DNA of 64,000 bases from Patescibacteria group bacterium (lineage in GTDB: Bacteria > Patescibacteriota > UBA1384 > UBA12157 > JAENIV01), in the NCBI GenBank assembly GCA_049515915.1, contig JBEKTP010000003.1, forward strand, positions 735 through 64,734, read 5' to 3'. A program made the position numbers and the translations under genes. This document shows positions 29,435-39,578 of this stretch, one piece after another (the first letter of the stretch is position 1; each line of letters begins with the position of its first letter). The notes under the pieces were generated by a model, which saw only the letters and a program-made list of their open reading frames with translations, made no database searches and was not told the origin of the DNA.

Positions 29435-30580
29435 ATGAAAAAAATTGACGAGTTTAAATTAGCGCTAACCTTTGATGATATTCTCCTTTTGCCGGGCTAC
29501 ACCGATTTTACGCGCGATAAAATTGATCTTTCAACCAATTTAACTAAAAAAATTAAACTCCAAATCCCCTTAGTTTCGGCGCCAATGGATAAGGTGACGG
29601 AAGCAAAAATGGCGGCCGCTTTGGCCGGTTTAGGCGGCCTTGGCATTATTCATCGAAATTTAACGATCAAAGATCAAGCCAACGAAGTTAGGAAAGTCAA
29701 AGCAAAGAATTTATTGGTCGGGGCGGCCATCGGCTCTTCGCCCGGCTTTGAAGACCGCGTCAACGAACTCGTTCGGGCTAAAGTGGATGTGATTGTGATT
29801 GATTCGGCCCACGGTTTTTGTCAATTTGTGATCGAGGCGGTCAAGTTTATCAAGAAAAAATATCCTAAAATGCAAGTCATCGGCGGCAACGTGGCCACTT
29901 TCGAAGGCACTAAAGCGTTAATTAAAGCCGGCGCCGACGGGATTCGAGTGGGCATGGGGCCGGGTTCAATTTGTTCAACCCGGGTCATTTCGGGTATGGG
30001 CGTGCCTCAATTGATGGCCCTTGAAGAATCGGTTCGGGCAGCCAACCCATCCAAAACGCCGATTATGGCCGACGGCGGGATCCAATTTTCCGGCGATATC
30101 GTCAAAGCTTTGGCGATGGGTGCTTCGACGGTGATGATGGGCTCGCTTTTTGGTTCGGCTCTCGAATCGCCCGGTAAAGTGGTGAAATTGACCAAAGATT
30201 CCGTTCCCAGCCGATTTCAAAGTATTTGGAATAGCAAGAACAAAATTTATCTTTTTAAAGAATATCGGGGAATGGGTTCGGTAGCGGCCATTCAAAAGGG
30301 ACAGAAAATTAAATCGGAGGGCGAATTTCATAATAAAGATTACTCTCAGAAAAAAGCACTGGTGGCTGAAGGAGTAGAAGGGTTAGTGCCGGTAAAGGGA
30401 AAGGTCAAAGACCTGGTTGAACAACTGACGGGCGGGATTCTTTCGGGCATGTACTATACGGGCGCAAAATCTATCCCAAAACTCTGGCAAAAGGCGCGTT
30501 TTATTCGGATTACGGAGGCTTCGCTTAAAGAAAGCCATCCGCATAACGTTTTAATTACTAATGGCGGCCAAAATCTGTAG
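29435..30580 (+). CDS. guaB: IMP dehydrogenase lacking the CBS subdomain
   Basis: [34 protein letters not shown] and AEGVEG motifs. Confidence 0.95.
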   Translation: MKKIDEFKLALTFDDILLLPGYTDFTRDKIDLSTNLTKKIKLQIPLVSAPMDKVTEAKMAAALAGLGGLGIIHRNLTIKDQANEVRKVKAKNLLVGAAIGSSPGFEDRVNELVRAKVDVIVIDSAHGFCQFVIEAVKFIKKKYPKMQVIGGNVATFEGTKALIKAGADGIRVGMGPGSICSTRVISGMGVPQLMALEESVRAANPSKTPIMADGGIQFSGDIVKALAMGASTVMMGSLFGSALESPGKVVKLTKDSVPSRFQSIWNSKNKIYLFKEYRGMGSVAAIQKGQKIKSEGEFHNKDYSQKKALVAEGVEGLVPVKGKVKDLVEQLTGGILSGMYYTGAKSIPKLWQKARFIRITEASLKESHPHNVLITNGGQNL

Positions 30581-30593
30581 TGAGAGTAAATTA

Positions 30594-31670
30594 TTATTTT
30601 TCGAGGCGACGGCGCCGGCCGTGAAAGGCTTGGTGAACTTCGGCGAGATGTTGATCGGTGACGTGAGTATAAATTTGAGTGGTGGTAATTGAAGAATGAC
30701 CAAGAAGCTGCTGAACCGAGCGGATATCGGCGCCGTTTATGAGTAAATCTGTTGCAAAGCTATGACGGAGTGTGTGGGCCGTCACTTTTTTAGTTAGCCC
30801 TGCCATCTTAGCGTATTTTCGAATCATTCGTTGGACGGAACGGGGAGTGATGGATATTTCATCTTTGGTGATATTTATGTCGGGTTGGTTGGTGTGACCG
30901 TAAGAGATGAATAAGAATTTGTTTTTGTCATTGCGGCGAATGAGGTAATTATGGATGGCGTTTTTAGCTTCTTGGTCTAGAAAAACGACGCGAACTTTTT
31001 GCCCTTTGCCGACGACGGAGAATTCCGATTTGTCCAAATTAATATCTTCGATTTTGAGGTGGCAAAGTTCGGAAATCCGCAGGCCGGTCGAGAAAAATAA
31101 TTCTATTATGGCGCGGTCGCGGACGCCTTGAATAGTAGTAAGGTCGGGCATCGAAAGCAAATGATCGAGTTCGGTCTCATCCAAAAAAGAAATTTGCCGT
31201 TCACCGGTTTTAGCAAGCTCGATTTTGTCGGGCGAAAGTGTGGTGATATTGCGGCTGCCGAGGTACTTCAGGAAAGCGCGCAAGGCGATGAGGTAGTAGT
31301 TTTGGGTGGATTTGGAAAGAGTGTGACCGGGGAGGGTTGATGTTCTTAAAGATGCTGGTCGTGCCTGACCCAGCGAGTCGGGACTTTCTCCGCGCTCGGC
31401 TTGGCCTTGACCGTGCGCCTCGCCTATGCGAGTTACTTTGAGGTCACCGACCCCGCTTTTAGAGAGTTGTTGAGGGAGGCGGTTGAGCCAGAGGCGATAT
31501 TTATGGATCAAATTTTGATCAATTTTTTCCACCTCGGTAACACCATTTTCTTTAGCGAAACCGGCGAAACGTCGGAGATATCGATCATAATTTTGGGCTG
31601 AAAAGGGGGAGTTACCCTTCTCAATCTCCATATATTCTAAATAATCGATAATCAGCGAGTTGATGGTCAT
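30594..31670 (-). CDS. XerC/XerD-family tyrosine recombinase with in-frame insertion
   Basis: TGLRISE, HTLRHSFAT, LLGH and TQIYTH catalytic motifs are all intact. Confidence 0.95.
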   Translation of the reverse strand: MTINSLIIDYLEYMEIEKGNSPFSAQNYDRYLRRFAGFAKENGVTEVEKIDQNLIHKYRLWLNRLPQQLSKSGVGDLKVTRIGEAHGQGQAERGESPDSLGQARPASLRTSTLPGHTLSKSTQNYYLIALRAFLKYLGSRNITTLSPDKIELAKTGERQISFLDETELDHLLSMPDLTTIQGVRDRAIIELFFSTGLRISELCHLKIEDINLDKSEFSVVGKGQKVRVVFLDQEAKNAIHNYLIRRNDKNKFLFISYGHTNQPDINITKDEISITPRSVQRMIRKYAKMAGLTKKVTAHTLRHSFATDLLINGADIRSVQQLLGHSSITTTQIYTHVTDQHLAEVHQAFHGRRRRLEK

Positions 31671-31727
31671 ATTTTTATTTTACGACGCAAATTAGCGCTT
31701 GTCAAAGGTCAATTTTACTGATAAAGT

Positions 31728-32306
31728 ATGAGGGAAATGAATAAAATTTTAAACCTGGATAACCGCTGGCTCGCTGTCTTAAACCGGATCGCCACATCAA
31801 ATCATTTTTTGCAAACGCTGACAAAAGACGCGGCCGAATATCTTATTTACATTATCCCTCTTTTATTGGTGGTGGTTTGGTTTTACTCGGCGCAATCGAA
31901 AAAAGTGGCCCTTCGGGCGCTTGGGGCTGGCGGACTTGGCCTTTTGATTACCAGAATTATTGGTCAAAATGTTAATCGCGCGCGGCCTTTCGCTAGCGGC
32001 GGCATTAAAGAAATTCTTTTTCATCGCCCCGATTATTCTTTTCCTTCGGATCACGCTACCCTCTTGGCGGCGATCACTCTTTCGTTGTACTTATCCGGTT
32101 ACAAAAAATTATCATATTTTGTCTTTGCCCTTTTTGTGATAATCGGCTTGGCGCGGGTGGCGGCCGGGATCCACTTTCCTTCCGATATCATCGTCGGGGG
32201 CGTGGTCGGCATCGGCGCGGCCTATATTGTTTATGCCCTCGATGGTCTGTTAAATTATATTTATGAGTTTATCATTTTGGTGGCCAAAAAAATCCGGCTG
32301 GCTTAA
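31728..32306 (+). CDS. PAP2-family (BcrC-like) undecaprenyl-diphosphate phosphatase
   Basis: RARP, SFPSDH and ARV.AGIHFPSD motifs. Confidence 0.92.
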   Translation: MREMNKILNLDNRWLAVLNRIATSNHFLQTLTKDAAEYLIYIIPLLLVVVWFYSAQSKKVALRALGAGGLGLLITRIIGQNVNRARPFASGGIKEILFHRPDYSFPSDHATLLAAITLSLYLSGYKKLSYFVFALFVIIGLARVAAGIHFPSDIIVGGVVGIGAAYIVYALDGLLNYIYEFIILVAKKIRLA

Positions 32307-32309
32307 AAA

Positions 32310-32927
32310 TTGAGCATGAAAAAAGAAAAACAGCTTCACAATTTCTTTGACTTTATTGCTTTTGGCATCTCGGCTTTATTTTCTCCCTATATTACGGCGG
32401 CCATTTTTATATTGCTGATTACCTACATGAACTCATCGGACTTAAGGCAATTTTTACCGTGGGTGAGTATTGCCGTTTTTTTCAGCGTTATTGTGCCGGG
32501 CGGTTATGTTTTATGGCTCTTGGAAAAAGAAGGTGTTCGGGATATTCATCTTTCGGACCATGAACAAAGAAAAGTGCCATTTATGATTGCGGCGATTTCT
32601 TCGACAATCGGGGCGGTCGCACTCGCTTGGGTGGGGGCGGCCAGACCGGTGATCGTGATGGGGGTAACTTATGCCGCTAATGCGGTAATGGTCGGCTTTT
32701 TGACTTTGGTTTGGAAAGTCTCCGTTCACACGGCTTTGCTTGCCTCAGTGGTAACGGTGATTGTCATTCTTTTTGGCGTTCAATTTGCATGGTTATATCT
32801 TCTTTTAGTACCGCTGGCTTGGTCACGAATTTATCGCCGTCGTCATACCTTAACTCAAGTGGTTGGCGGTTCCTTAATCGCTTTTGTGGTTACCTCAATG
32901 GTTTTTTGGTTATTTGGGTATATCTGA
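32310..32927 (+). CDS. PAP2-like integral membrane protein
   Basis: KVSVH and WSRIYRRRHT..QV motifs, multi-TM. Confidence 0.8.
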   Translation: MSMKKEKQLHNFFDFIAFGISALFSPYITAAIFILLITYMNSSDLRQFLPWVSIAVFFSVIVPGGYVLWLLEKEGVRDIHLSDHEQRKVPFMIAAISSTIGAVALAWVGAARPVIVMGVTYAANAVMVGFLTLVWKVSVHTALLASVVTVIVILFGVQFAWLYLLLVPLAWSRIYRRRHTLTQVVGGSLIAFVVTSMVFWLFGYI

Positions 32928-33037
32928 AATAAATACAAAATATAAATCTCAAAAATCAAAATTCAGGAAGAGAACATTAATATTAATTTTAAATTTTACA
33001 TTGTCATTTTGAGATTTGGATTTTGAGATTTGAGATT

Positions 33038-33655
33038 ATGGCTTCAACTATTTTAGGCGCAATCGGGAGTTTAATCATCTCGGCAATTTCCGTTTTAGGC
33101 TATGGCGGAGTTATTTTATTGATGGCCATTCAATCGGCCAATATTCCGATCCCTTCTGAAGTAATTATGCCGTTCGCTGGTTTTTTGGTTTGGCAAGGAA
33201 CGATGAATCTTTGGTGGGTCACTTTGGCCGGGGCGGTGGGGACGGTCTTGGGTTCGGTTTTTTCTTATTGGTTAGGAAAGGCGGGCGGGCGGCCGCTTAT
33301 TGAAAAATATGGCCAGTATATTTTGATTTCACGCCACGATCTGGATATGGCCGACTCCTGGTTTAAAAAAAGCGGCGAACTGACCGTTTTTTTGGGAAGA
33401 TTTTTGCCGATTATTCGAACTTTTATTTCCTTTCCAGCCGGCATTGCCCGAATGGATTTTAGGAAGTTTGTCGTTTACAGTTTTTTGGGTTCCATCCCTT
33501 GGACTTTAGCCCTGGTTTATTTTGGCTTTAGGCTCGGCGCCGACTGGATCAATCTTCGAACTTATTTTCATCGATTTGATGATCTAATTTTAGCTCTTAT
33601 TGTTCTTGGCATCGTTTGGTGGGTTTGGCGACATCTAAAATCAACTAAAAACTAA
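33038..33655 (+). CDS. DedA family membrane protein
   Basis: PIPSEVIMPFAG and GRFLPIIRTFISFPAG motifs. Confidence 0.95.
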   Translation: MASTILGAIGSLIISAISVLGYGGVILLMAIQSANIPIPSEVIMPFAGFLVWQGTMNLWWVTLAGAVGTVLGSVFSYWLGKAGGRPLIEKYGQYILISRHDLDMADSWFKKSGELTVFLGRFLPIIRTFISFPAGIARMDFRKFVVYSFLGSIPWTLALVYFGFRLGADWINLRTYFHRFDDLILALIVLGIVWWVWRHLKSTKN

Positions 33656-33699
33656 AAGCTTGAAGCTTAAAACTAGTATTTTTTACTTTTAAGCTTATT

Positions 33700-34605
33700 T
33701 TAACCGATTTCCATTTCTTCAGGTTCACTGTTCTCGCCTTTATACTGAGCCGAAGAGGCTTCATCGTCAGGTTCAAGATGAGGTTTTTCGGTCTTATGTG
33801 CTTCTAAATCGGCGTCGGCATTACTGAACTCCACCTCGATTTTAGCGTTGTCGTTAAAATTTGGGCCACTTGATGGGTTTTTGGGCTGAGCGTTAATCGG
33901 AATTTGGCTGGAATTGGCTGGTGACTTTTCGCTTCCTGGCATAATTAATTGACCCGGAGTGGCTGGTTTTTCAGCGGCCGGTGGCGGTGGGGTCGGGGGA
34001 ACAAACGGGGTCGGCACTTTGGGTTCGGCTGGAGATGGAGTAAATGACGATAAAGTGGGCGGGGTTGGTGCTTTAGGTTCAGGAGCAGTTGGTTTGGGGA
34101 CAGACGACGGCGGCGTTGAGGGGCTTGGGGCGGAAGGTTTTGTTGGAGCGGGCGGCGGAGTGGGTTTGGTAAAATTTTGGTTAGTCGGCGTGGGTGTGTT
34201 TGGCTTGGGGACTGGCGGTGGCGAAACAAGTGGTTTATTCGGTAACAACGCGGGTTTTCCAGGCGGGGGCGGCACGCTTGGCTTAAATTTTAAACTGCCA
34301 AAGTTTTGGCTGGGCGGCGGGGGGGCGGATGGATTTTTAGGTGGCTCGGCATGGTGCTCGACCATTTTCGGCAGGCCGACCTGCTCGGGGTTTTTATCGA
34401 TTTCTTCTTTGATTTCGGCTTTTTTAATCAAACCGCCGGTGAGTTGCTCTAAATAACGGACATCAATTAAAGCGATGGCCGGTTTGCCGCCTTTAGTAAG
34501 AATGTACATCTTGTCGCGCTGAACTTCGTTGACGATGTTTGAAAAGTGATCGCGGGCGTAGGTTAGGGGAATAATGTTTTCCAGGGCAACTTTTAAGTCG
34601 TTCAT
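33700..34605 (-). CDS. Phd/YefM-like antitoxin domain fused to a long proline-rich tail
   Basis: IIPLTYARDHFSNIVNEV...ILTKGGKPAIALI, then about 150 aa of Pro-rich sequence and an acidic end. AGGAGG SD. Confidence 0.8.
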   Translation of the reverse strand: MNDLKVALENIIPLTYARDHFSNIVNEVQRDKMYILTKGGKPAIALIDVRYLEQLTGGLIKKAEIKEEIDKNPEQVGLPKMVEHHAEPPKNPSAPPPPSQNFGSLKFKPSVPPPPGKPALLPNKPLVSPPPVPKPNTPTPTNQNFTKPTPPPAPTKPSAPSPSTPPSSVPKPTAPEPKAPTPPTLSSFTPSPAEPKVPTPFVPPTPPPPAAEKPATPGQLIMPGSEKSPANSSQIPINAQPKNPSSGPNFNDNAKIEVEFSNADADLEAHKTEKPHLEPDDEASSAQYKGENSEPEEMEIG

Positions 34606-34727
34606 GGTCCTCCTTTTGTTTCGGCAGTATAATAAACTACCTTTTTAATGGTCATTCTAATCTTATCGCGGGAAGGGTAATTTTGTCAAAAATAAACCCG
34701 AAAAGACTCGCCGGGCATGGGTGGGGA

Positions 34728-35834
34728 TGCACAAGTTGAGATACATCGGTAACACTCCTAAAGTTATATTCGGAGGTGTTACCGATGAACAAACCATTGC
34801 CGGCTGAGCTGTTTTGTTACTTTAAGTCAAAACCAATAGTTCTTATCAATCGTCACGAGCGGTGGAAGAAGGTAGCGAAAGAGCAAAAGATCTCCCGCGA
34901 GGCCGCAAAGCGGCTCGAATGGATCATTTTCTATGAAACCAAAGGTGAGTTTAATGCCGTCTTTACTTGTCGCCATTTCGGCATTGCCAGAAAAACTTTC
35001 TACAAATACCTCAACCGTTTCAATCAGAACCCGATTTCACTTGAGGATCATTCCAAAAGACCGTTCAATGTTCGCCAGAAAATGATTACGCTTGAGGAAG
35101 AAACCAGAATCATTTCGCTAAGAAAACGCTATATTTTTTACGGCGCAGAAAAACTCCGAGCAGAGTACAATGAGCTTTATGGCAAGGATATTTCCAGCTG
35201 GAAAATCGGCTACACCATTGCTAAATTCCAGTTATATCCAAACCCAAAAAAGGTTGACAAACATCGGTTACAGATTAAGCGCAACAGGAGAAAACGAAAG
35301 ATCACCGAGCTTAAAAAGAGAAATGAAAACATCTTGGGCCACCTAATCCAGATCGATACGATCGTACTTCATCTGGATGGTCTCAAGCGTTATATTCTCA
35401 CCGCCATCGATACCTACGGCAAGCTGGCCTTTGCCCGGGTCTACCGTAATGCCAGCTCTTACTCGGCGGCTGATTTCTTAGAAAGATTAAACTTCCTTTT
35501 TGACGATCAAATCGTTAATATACAAACAGACAACGGTTCGGAGTTTCTAAAGCACTTTGAGAAAGCCTGCCAGAGTCTCAAAATGGAACATTTCTTCTCC
35601 AGAGCCAGAACTCCTCAAGACAACGCCTATGTCGAACGCTTCAACCAAACCTTACAAAAAGAATGGCTCTCTGAGGGACACTTCCACCCCGACCCCAGCG
35701 TTATGAATGCCAAGCTGACCGACTGGCTTATCCGCTACAACTTCCACCGCCGCCATGCCAGCTTAGGCAATATCTCACCCATCAATTATTGCATCAAAAA
35801 TAGACAACTGTTACCGATGTACTCAACTCGTACA
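34728..35834 (+). mobile_element. IS481-like insertion sequence, 1107 bp
   Basis: Terminal inverted repeats TGCACAAGTTGAGATACATCGGTAACA and TGTTACCGATGTACTCAACTCGTACA. Flanking GGGGA direct repeat at 34723-34727 and 35835-35839. Confidence 0.9.
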
Positions 35835-35843
35835 GGGGATTGA
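34776..35843 (+). CDS. DDE (rve) transposase, IS481-like
   Basis: HTH, IQIDT, QTDNGSEF, NAYVERFN and YNFHRRH motifs. The stop lies outside the right inverted repeat. Confidence 0.95.
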   Translation: MLPMNKPLPAELFCYFKSKPIVLINRHERWKKVAKEQKISREAAKRLEWIIFYETKGEFNAVFTCRHFGIARKTFYKYLNRFNQNPISLEDHSKRPFNVRQKMITLEEETRIISLRKRYIFYGAEKLRAEYNELYGKDISSWKIGYTIAKFQLYPNPKKVDKHRLQIKRNRRKRKITELKKRNENILGHLIQIDTIVLHLDGLKRYILTAIDTYGKLAFARVYRNASSYSAADFLERLNFLFDDQIVNIQTDNGSEFLKHFEKACQSLKMEHFFSRARTPQDNAYVERFNQTLQKEWLSEGHFHPDPSVMNAKLTDWLIRYNFHRRHASLGNISPINYCIKNRQLLPMYSTRTGD

Positions 35844-35944
35844 CAAATCGGCGATTATATGGTATATTAACAGGTCGAAGCTTGAGAAATGTACTTTTGG
35901 GCGCTAAACTCAAGCTAAGTAATCTTGACAACCTGGAGGCTATC

Positions 35945-36013
35945 GTGAATTACCGTTGGTTGATGATCGTGATGGGGGTTTTCTTTGGCGGATCCCGTCT
36001 CGTCTGGGCGTAG
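35945..36013 (+). CDS. 22-aa hydrophobic peptide (GC-rich unit)
   Basis: GGAGG SD, MNYRWLMIVMGVFFGGSRLVWA, downstream of TTGACA-17-TATATT at 35840. Confidence 0.4.
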   Translation: MNYRWLMIVMGVFFGGSRLVWA

Positions 36014-36065
36014 CAGTTCAACTCGCGCTTTGCGCTGAGTCCATATAGTAAGGGAGGTAGCACCG

Positions 36066-36476
36066 ATGACGCAGCAAATGTTGCAGGCAGTTTCGGAGTA
36101 CGCGCACGCAGAGCCGGTTCATTTCGGTGTGATTGTCGCCATGTGTGTGGCGGCGCTGATGTTTGGGGGAGTACTGTTGCTACTGAAGCAGCAGTATAAC
36201 AAGCGTCAGCGTTTCCGCAAGTACTTTGACGGCGATCCGGAAAATCTGGAGAGCCAAAGCAAAGTCGATGCGGTGATGACTAAAGAGTATCGACGCCGCG
36301 ATCAGCTCGACGAGCAACTTGAGGAGTCACTGACTGTCGTCGAGAAAACTCGCCAAGCAATTCGCGCCCAGAACCATAAGATCGAGCTGAGGATCTCCTC
36401 GGCGGGCGACTTCAAATTCCGGGCGAAACGGCCAAAGACTCTGGATGCCTCCAGCGAGGAGTCGGGCGCCTCCTAG
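36066..36476 (+). CDS. Single-TM coiled-coil hypothetical protein (GC-rich unit)
   Basis: GGAGGT SD and a terminator near 36571-36607. Confidence 0.75.
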   Translation: MTQQMLQAVSEYAHAEPVHFGVIVAMCVAALMFGGVLLLLKQQYNKRQRFRKYFDGDPENLESQSKVDAVMTKEYRRRDQLDEQLEESLTVVEKTRQAIRAQNHKIELRISSAGDFKFRAKRPKTLDASSEESGAS

Positions 36477-36647
36477 CGGAGCGGAAACTTGGAGGGCGTT
36501 CCCTCTCCAGAACCTGGGCGGAACCCAGGTGTTGAAAATTCTGCTGCCATTAGCGGCGCGGCAGGATAACAGGGGCGAGTGTGACATAATGCACTCGCTC
36601 CTTTCTTATGTCTAAAAAGGTATATACTAAATTCAAGAAAGGGGCGT

Positions 36648-36878
36648 ATGGGTGAACATCTAACTGAACAAAGTCAAGTCGAAGGCGATCTTGGTAAGGA
36701 AAAGTTGACGGAGGAGAAAAAAGCGGCGTTGGCTAAGAAAGCTAAGCAAAGCGTTGAAGAAGAGGTTTTAGCGATGCATTTGGCCGCTCAAGATCGAAAG
36801 GAATATCTTAAAAATGAGCAAGCCTATCGAAATGAAGCTGAAGAAGTTATCAGAGAATCCGACGATCTGCCAAATTAA
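36648..36878 (+). CDS. Small charged hypothetical protein
   Basis: AAAGGGG SD, 76 aa. Confidence 0.65.
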   Translation: MGEHLTEQSQVEGDLGKEKLTEEKKAALAKKAKQSVEEEVLAMHLAAQDRKEYLKNEQAYRNEAEEVIRESDDLPN

Positions 36879-36941
36879 AATTCAATCATAATTTTGATTT
36901 TTGATCTTTGATTTTTGAATTTCTTCTGGTATACTCTAAAT

Positions 36942-38219
36942 ATGTTAGACTACAAACTAACTAAGTTTTCGAATGGTCTCAAGCTGATTACTGTCCCTTT
37001 AGAAAATACTAAGGCAGTAACGGTTTTATTTTCGATCGGGGTCGGCTCGCGGTATGAGCCGAAAGAGCTTAACGGTATTTCTCATTTTTTGGAACATATG
37101 TTTTTTAAAGGTACCGAGAAACGCCCTACCGCTTTAGATATATCGAAGGCTCTCGATTCCGTTGGCGCGAGTTTTAACGCTTTTACTGGCGAAGAAGGGA
37201 CCGATTTTTATGTTCGGGCGGCTTCTGAACACTTCGACTTGGCGTTGGACGTTTTATCGGATATGCTTTATGCTTCCAAGTTTGAGCCGAGTGAAATCGA
37301 ACGCGAAAAAGGAGTTATCGCCGAAGAAATCAATATGTATCAAGATGTTCCTCAAACATACATTTATGACGTGGCTAAAAAGCTTTTATTTGGTGATCAC
37401 CCTTTAGGACGCGAAACGACGGGCCAAAAAGAAACAATCAAAAAATTTAAACGCGAAAGTTTTCTTTCCTTCCGGAATAAATTTTACAGTCCCCACAATA
37501 TGGTTGTGGCGGTGGCTGGGGGAAAAGATTCTTTTGATTGGGTTAAACGTATTACGGAGAAATTTGAAAAAATTCCGGTCTCGCGAGGGGAAGATTATGA
37601 AAAAGTGCAAATTGCTCAAATAAAACCTGAACTCTTAATTCATCATAAAAAAACCGATCAGGCCCATATAATTTTGGGCTTTCGTTCACTGCCGCGAACA
37701 GATCCGCGCCGGCCGGTTTTAAAAGTTCTCAATAACTTATTCGGTGAAAATATGTCGTCGCGGCTTTTTATCGAAGTCCGCGAGCGGCGGGGCTTGGCTT
37801 ATTATGTTGGCTCGGAGATGGGTGATTTTCGCGATGCCGGTGTTTTTGGAGCCGGAGCAGGCGTGGATATTGCCCGCGCTGAAGAAGCGATCAAAGTTAT
37901 TCTGGACGAGTTCGGTAAACTCAAATCCCACCGAGTCAGCGCTGATGAGCTTGTTCGAGCTAAAGAAAATCTTAAAGGTAAACTTTATCTCTATCTTGAG
38001 GAATCGTTTGCGGTGGCGGAGTTTTTAGCCGATCAAGAACTTTTTTGGGGAAAAATTAAAGATCCGGAAGAAATTGTTGAGCAATATGAAAGGGTGACGG
38101 CGGAGGATATCCAGAATCTGGCCCAAGAACTATTTATTCCCAAAAATCTTAACTTAGCTATGATCGCCCCTTTTAAAGATAAAAGTAAATTTCAAACAAT
38201 TTTAGAGGATTATTGTTGA
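36942..38219 (+). CDS. M16 (pitrilysin) family zinc peptidase
   Basis: GSRYE, HFLEH.FFKGT and SSRLF.EVRE.RGLAY motifs. Confidence 0.96.
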   Translation: MLDYKLTKFSNGLKLITVPLENTKAVTVLFSIGVGSRYEPKELNGISHFLEHMFFKGTEKRPTALDISKALDSVGASFNAFTGEEGTDFYVRAASEHFDLALDVLSDMLYASKFEPSEIEREKGVIAEEINMYQDVPQTYIYDVAKKLLFGDHPLGRETTGQKETIKKFKRESFLSFRNKFYSPHNMVVAVAGGKDSFDWVKRITEKFEKIPVSRGEDYEKVQIAQIKPELLIHHKKTDQAHIILGFRSLPRTDPRRPVLKVLNNLFGENMSSRLFIEVRERRGLAYYVGSEMGDFRDAGVFGAGAGVDIARAEEAIKVILDEFGKLKSHRVSADELVRAKENLKGKLYLYLEESFAVAEFLADQELFWGKIKDPEEIVEQYERVTAEDIQNLAQELFIPKNLNLAMIAPFKDKSKFQTILEDYC

Positions 38220-38376
38220 TAATTTTAGTAAGGCTCGTTGTATCTTTAAAGTACCGGATTTGATTTCTTAAAACAGCAAATCGATCCTAAACGTTTGGCT
38301 CGACTTTAACTAGGGTGCCTTGCCTCCGCGATTTACTTTAAAAATACAGCTCACTTTTTTAGAGAAAGGATTAAAA

Positions 38377-38979
38377 ATGGAAAGAATGGAAAAGACGTTT
38401 GTGGCGGTTAAACCTGATGGTATTCAGCGCCATCTTATGGGTGAAATTATCAGTCGATTTGAGAAGCGGGGCCTGAAGCTCGTGGCCGCAAAATTAATCG
38501 CTCCCCAAAAAGCTCAGGTTTTGCAGCAGTATCCGGATGATGAAAATTGGTATGTCTCTTTAGGAACGCGAACTTTAGAGGGTTATAAAGAGCGGGGAGT
38601 CCAGATGAATAAAACTCCACTAGAAATTGGCAAGATGATTCGCAATCAATTGGTTGATTATATTTCGGATCGGCCGTTTTTAGCGATGGTTTGGGTTGGT
38701 CCTCATGCCGTTGAACTGGGGCGGAAGACCGCTGGGCATACTAACCCTCTTAAAGCCGAAATTGGTTCGATCCGCGGCGATTATTCGATGGAATCTTATT
38801 GGCTGGCTGACGATATGAATCGAGCGATTCAAAACTTGATTCATGCCTCGGGCACACCGGAGGAAGCCAAGCGCGAGATTGCGATTTGGTTTAAGGACGA
38901 TGAGGTATTGGATTATGATTTACTGACCGGTGAAGTGACGATGGGTTCAGGGTGGGGACGAGTTAAGAACAATAAATAA
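38377..38979 (+). CDS. ndk: Nucleoside-diphosphate kinase
   Basis: TFVAVKPDG, GSIRGD and NLIHAS motifs. Confidence 0.95.
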   Translation: MERMEKTFVAVKPDGIQRHLMGEIISRFEKRGLKLVAAKLIAPQKAQVLQQYPDDENWYVSLGTRTLEGYKERGVQMNKTPLEIGKMIRNQLVDYISDRPFLAMVWVGPHAVELGRKTAGHTNPLKAEIGSIRGDYSMESYWLADDMNRAIQNLIHASGTPEEAKREIAIWFKDDEVLDYDLLTGEVTMGSGWGRVKNNK

Positions 38980-39578
38980 TGTTTTATACCATTGAGGGAA
39001 TTGACGGCGCTGGCTGCGGGACGGTCAGGCGAGCGTTAGAAAAGCGACTGGCGGCGTCGGGCAAAAAATTTCAGAGTCTGAAGTATCCAGTCCCTAATTT
39101 ACCTTTTGGGGAGATTATTTATAAGTTTTTGGACGGTAAGCTTGATATTAAACCCGAGATCCAATTTCTGGCTTTTGTTGGGCAAATGATTTTGGAGAAA
39201 GAACGCTTAAAAAAATTGCGCAAAGATATTTTGATTGTTGATCGGTATTTACCCTGCACCTTAGTTTTTCAAGGAGCGAAAGGCTTTTCGATTCGGAAAG
39301 GTTTAGAATTTGCTCGTCTCTTTGAGGTTGAAAAACCCAATAAGATTTTTCTTCTTTTGGTGCCGTGGCAAATTGGCTACCAAAGAAAAAACGCCGAAAA
39401 ACGGCCAAGTGATCTTCATGAGAAAGATACCTCGCTTTATAAAAAGACGGCCCAAATTTATAATCGGCTGGCTAAAAAAAACATCCTAGGTCAGTGGAAA
39501 ATAATTGATGCGACTCGTTCCGTTGATACAATCGCTGATGAAATTTTTGACATAATTTTGAAGGATTCCAAAAAATGA
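38979..39578 (+). CDS. tmk: Thymidylate kinase-like protein
   Basis: IEGIDGAG, KYP, DRY...T..FQ and IDA motifs. The P-loop is atypical. Confidence 0.85.
   Translation: MFYTIEGIDGAGCGTVRRALEKRLAASGKKFQSLKYPVPNLPFGEIIYKFLDGKLDIKPEIQFLAFVGQMILEKERLKKLRKDILIVDRYLPCTLVFQGAKGFSIRKGLEFARLFEVEKPNKIFLLLVPWQIGYQRKNAEKRPSDLHEKDTSLYKKTAQIYNRLAKKNILGQWKIIDATRSVDTIADEIFDIILKDSKK

Noticed and set aside
30594-31670. Integron interpretation (recombinase as IntI, shared hairpins as attC)
   Set aside because: The insert is in the N-terminal domain, not the IntI-specific position. The modules lack RYYYAAC/GTTRRRY ends, and the units carry their own promoters in both orientations.
38220-38340. Possible structured leader before ndk
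   Set aside because: There is only one weak stem, which is insufficient support.
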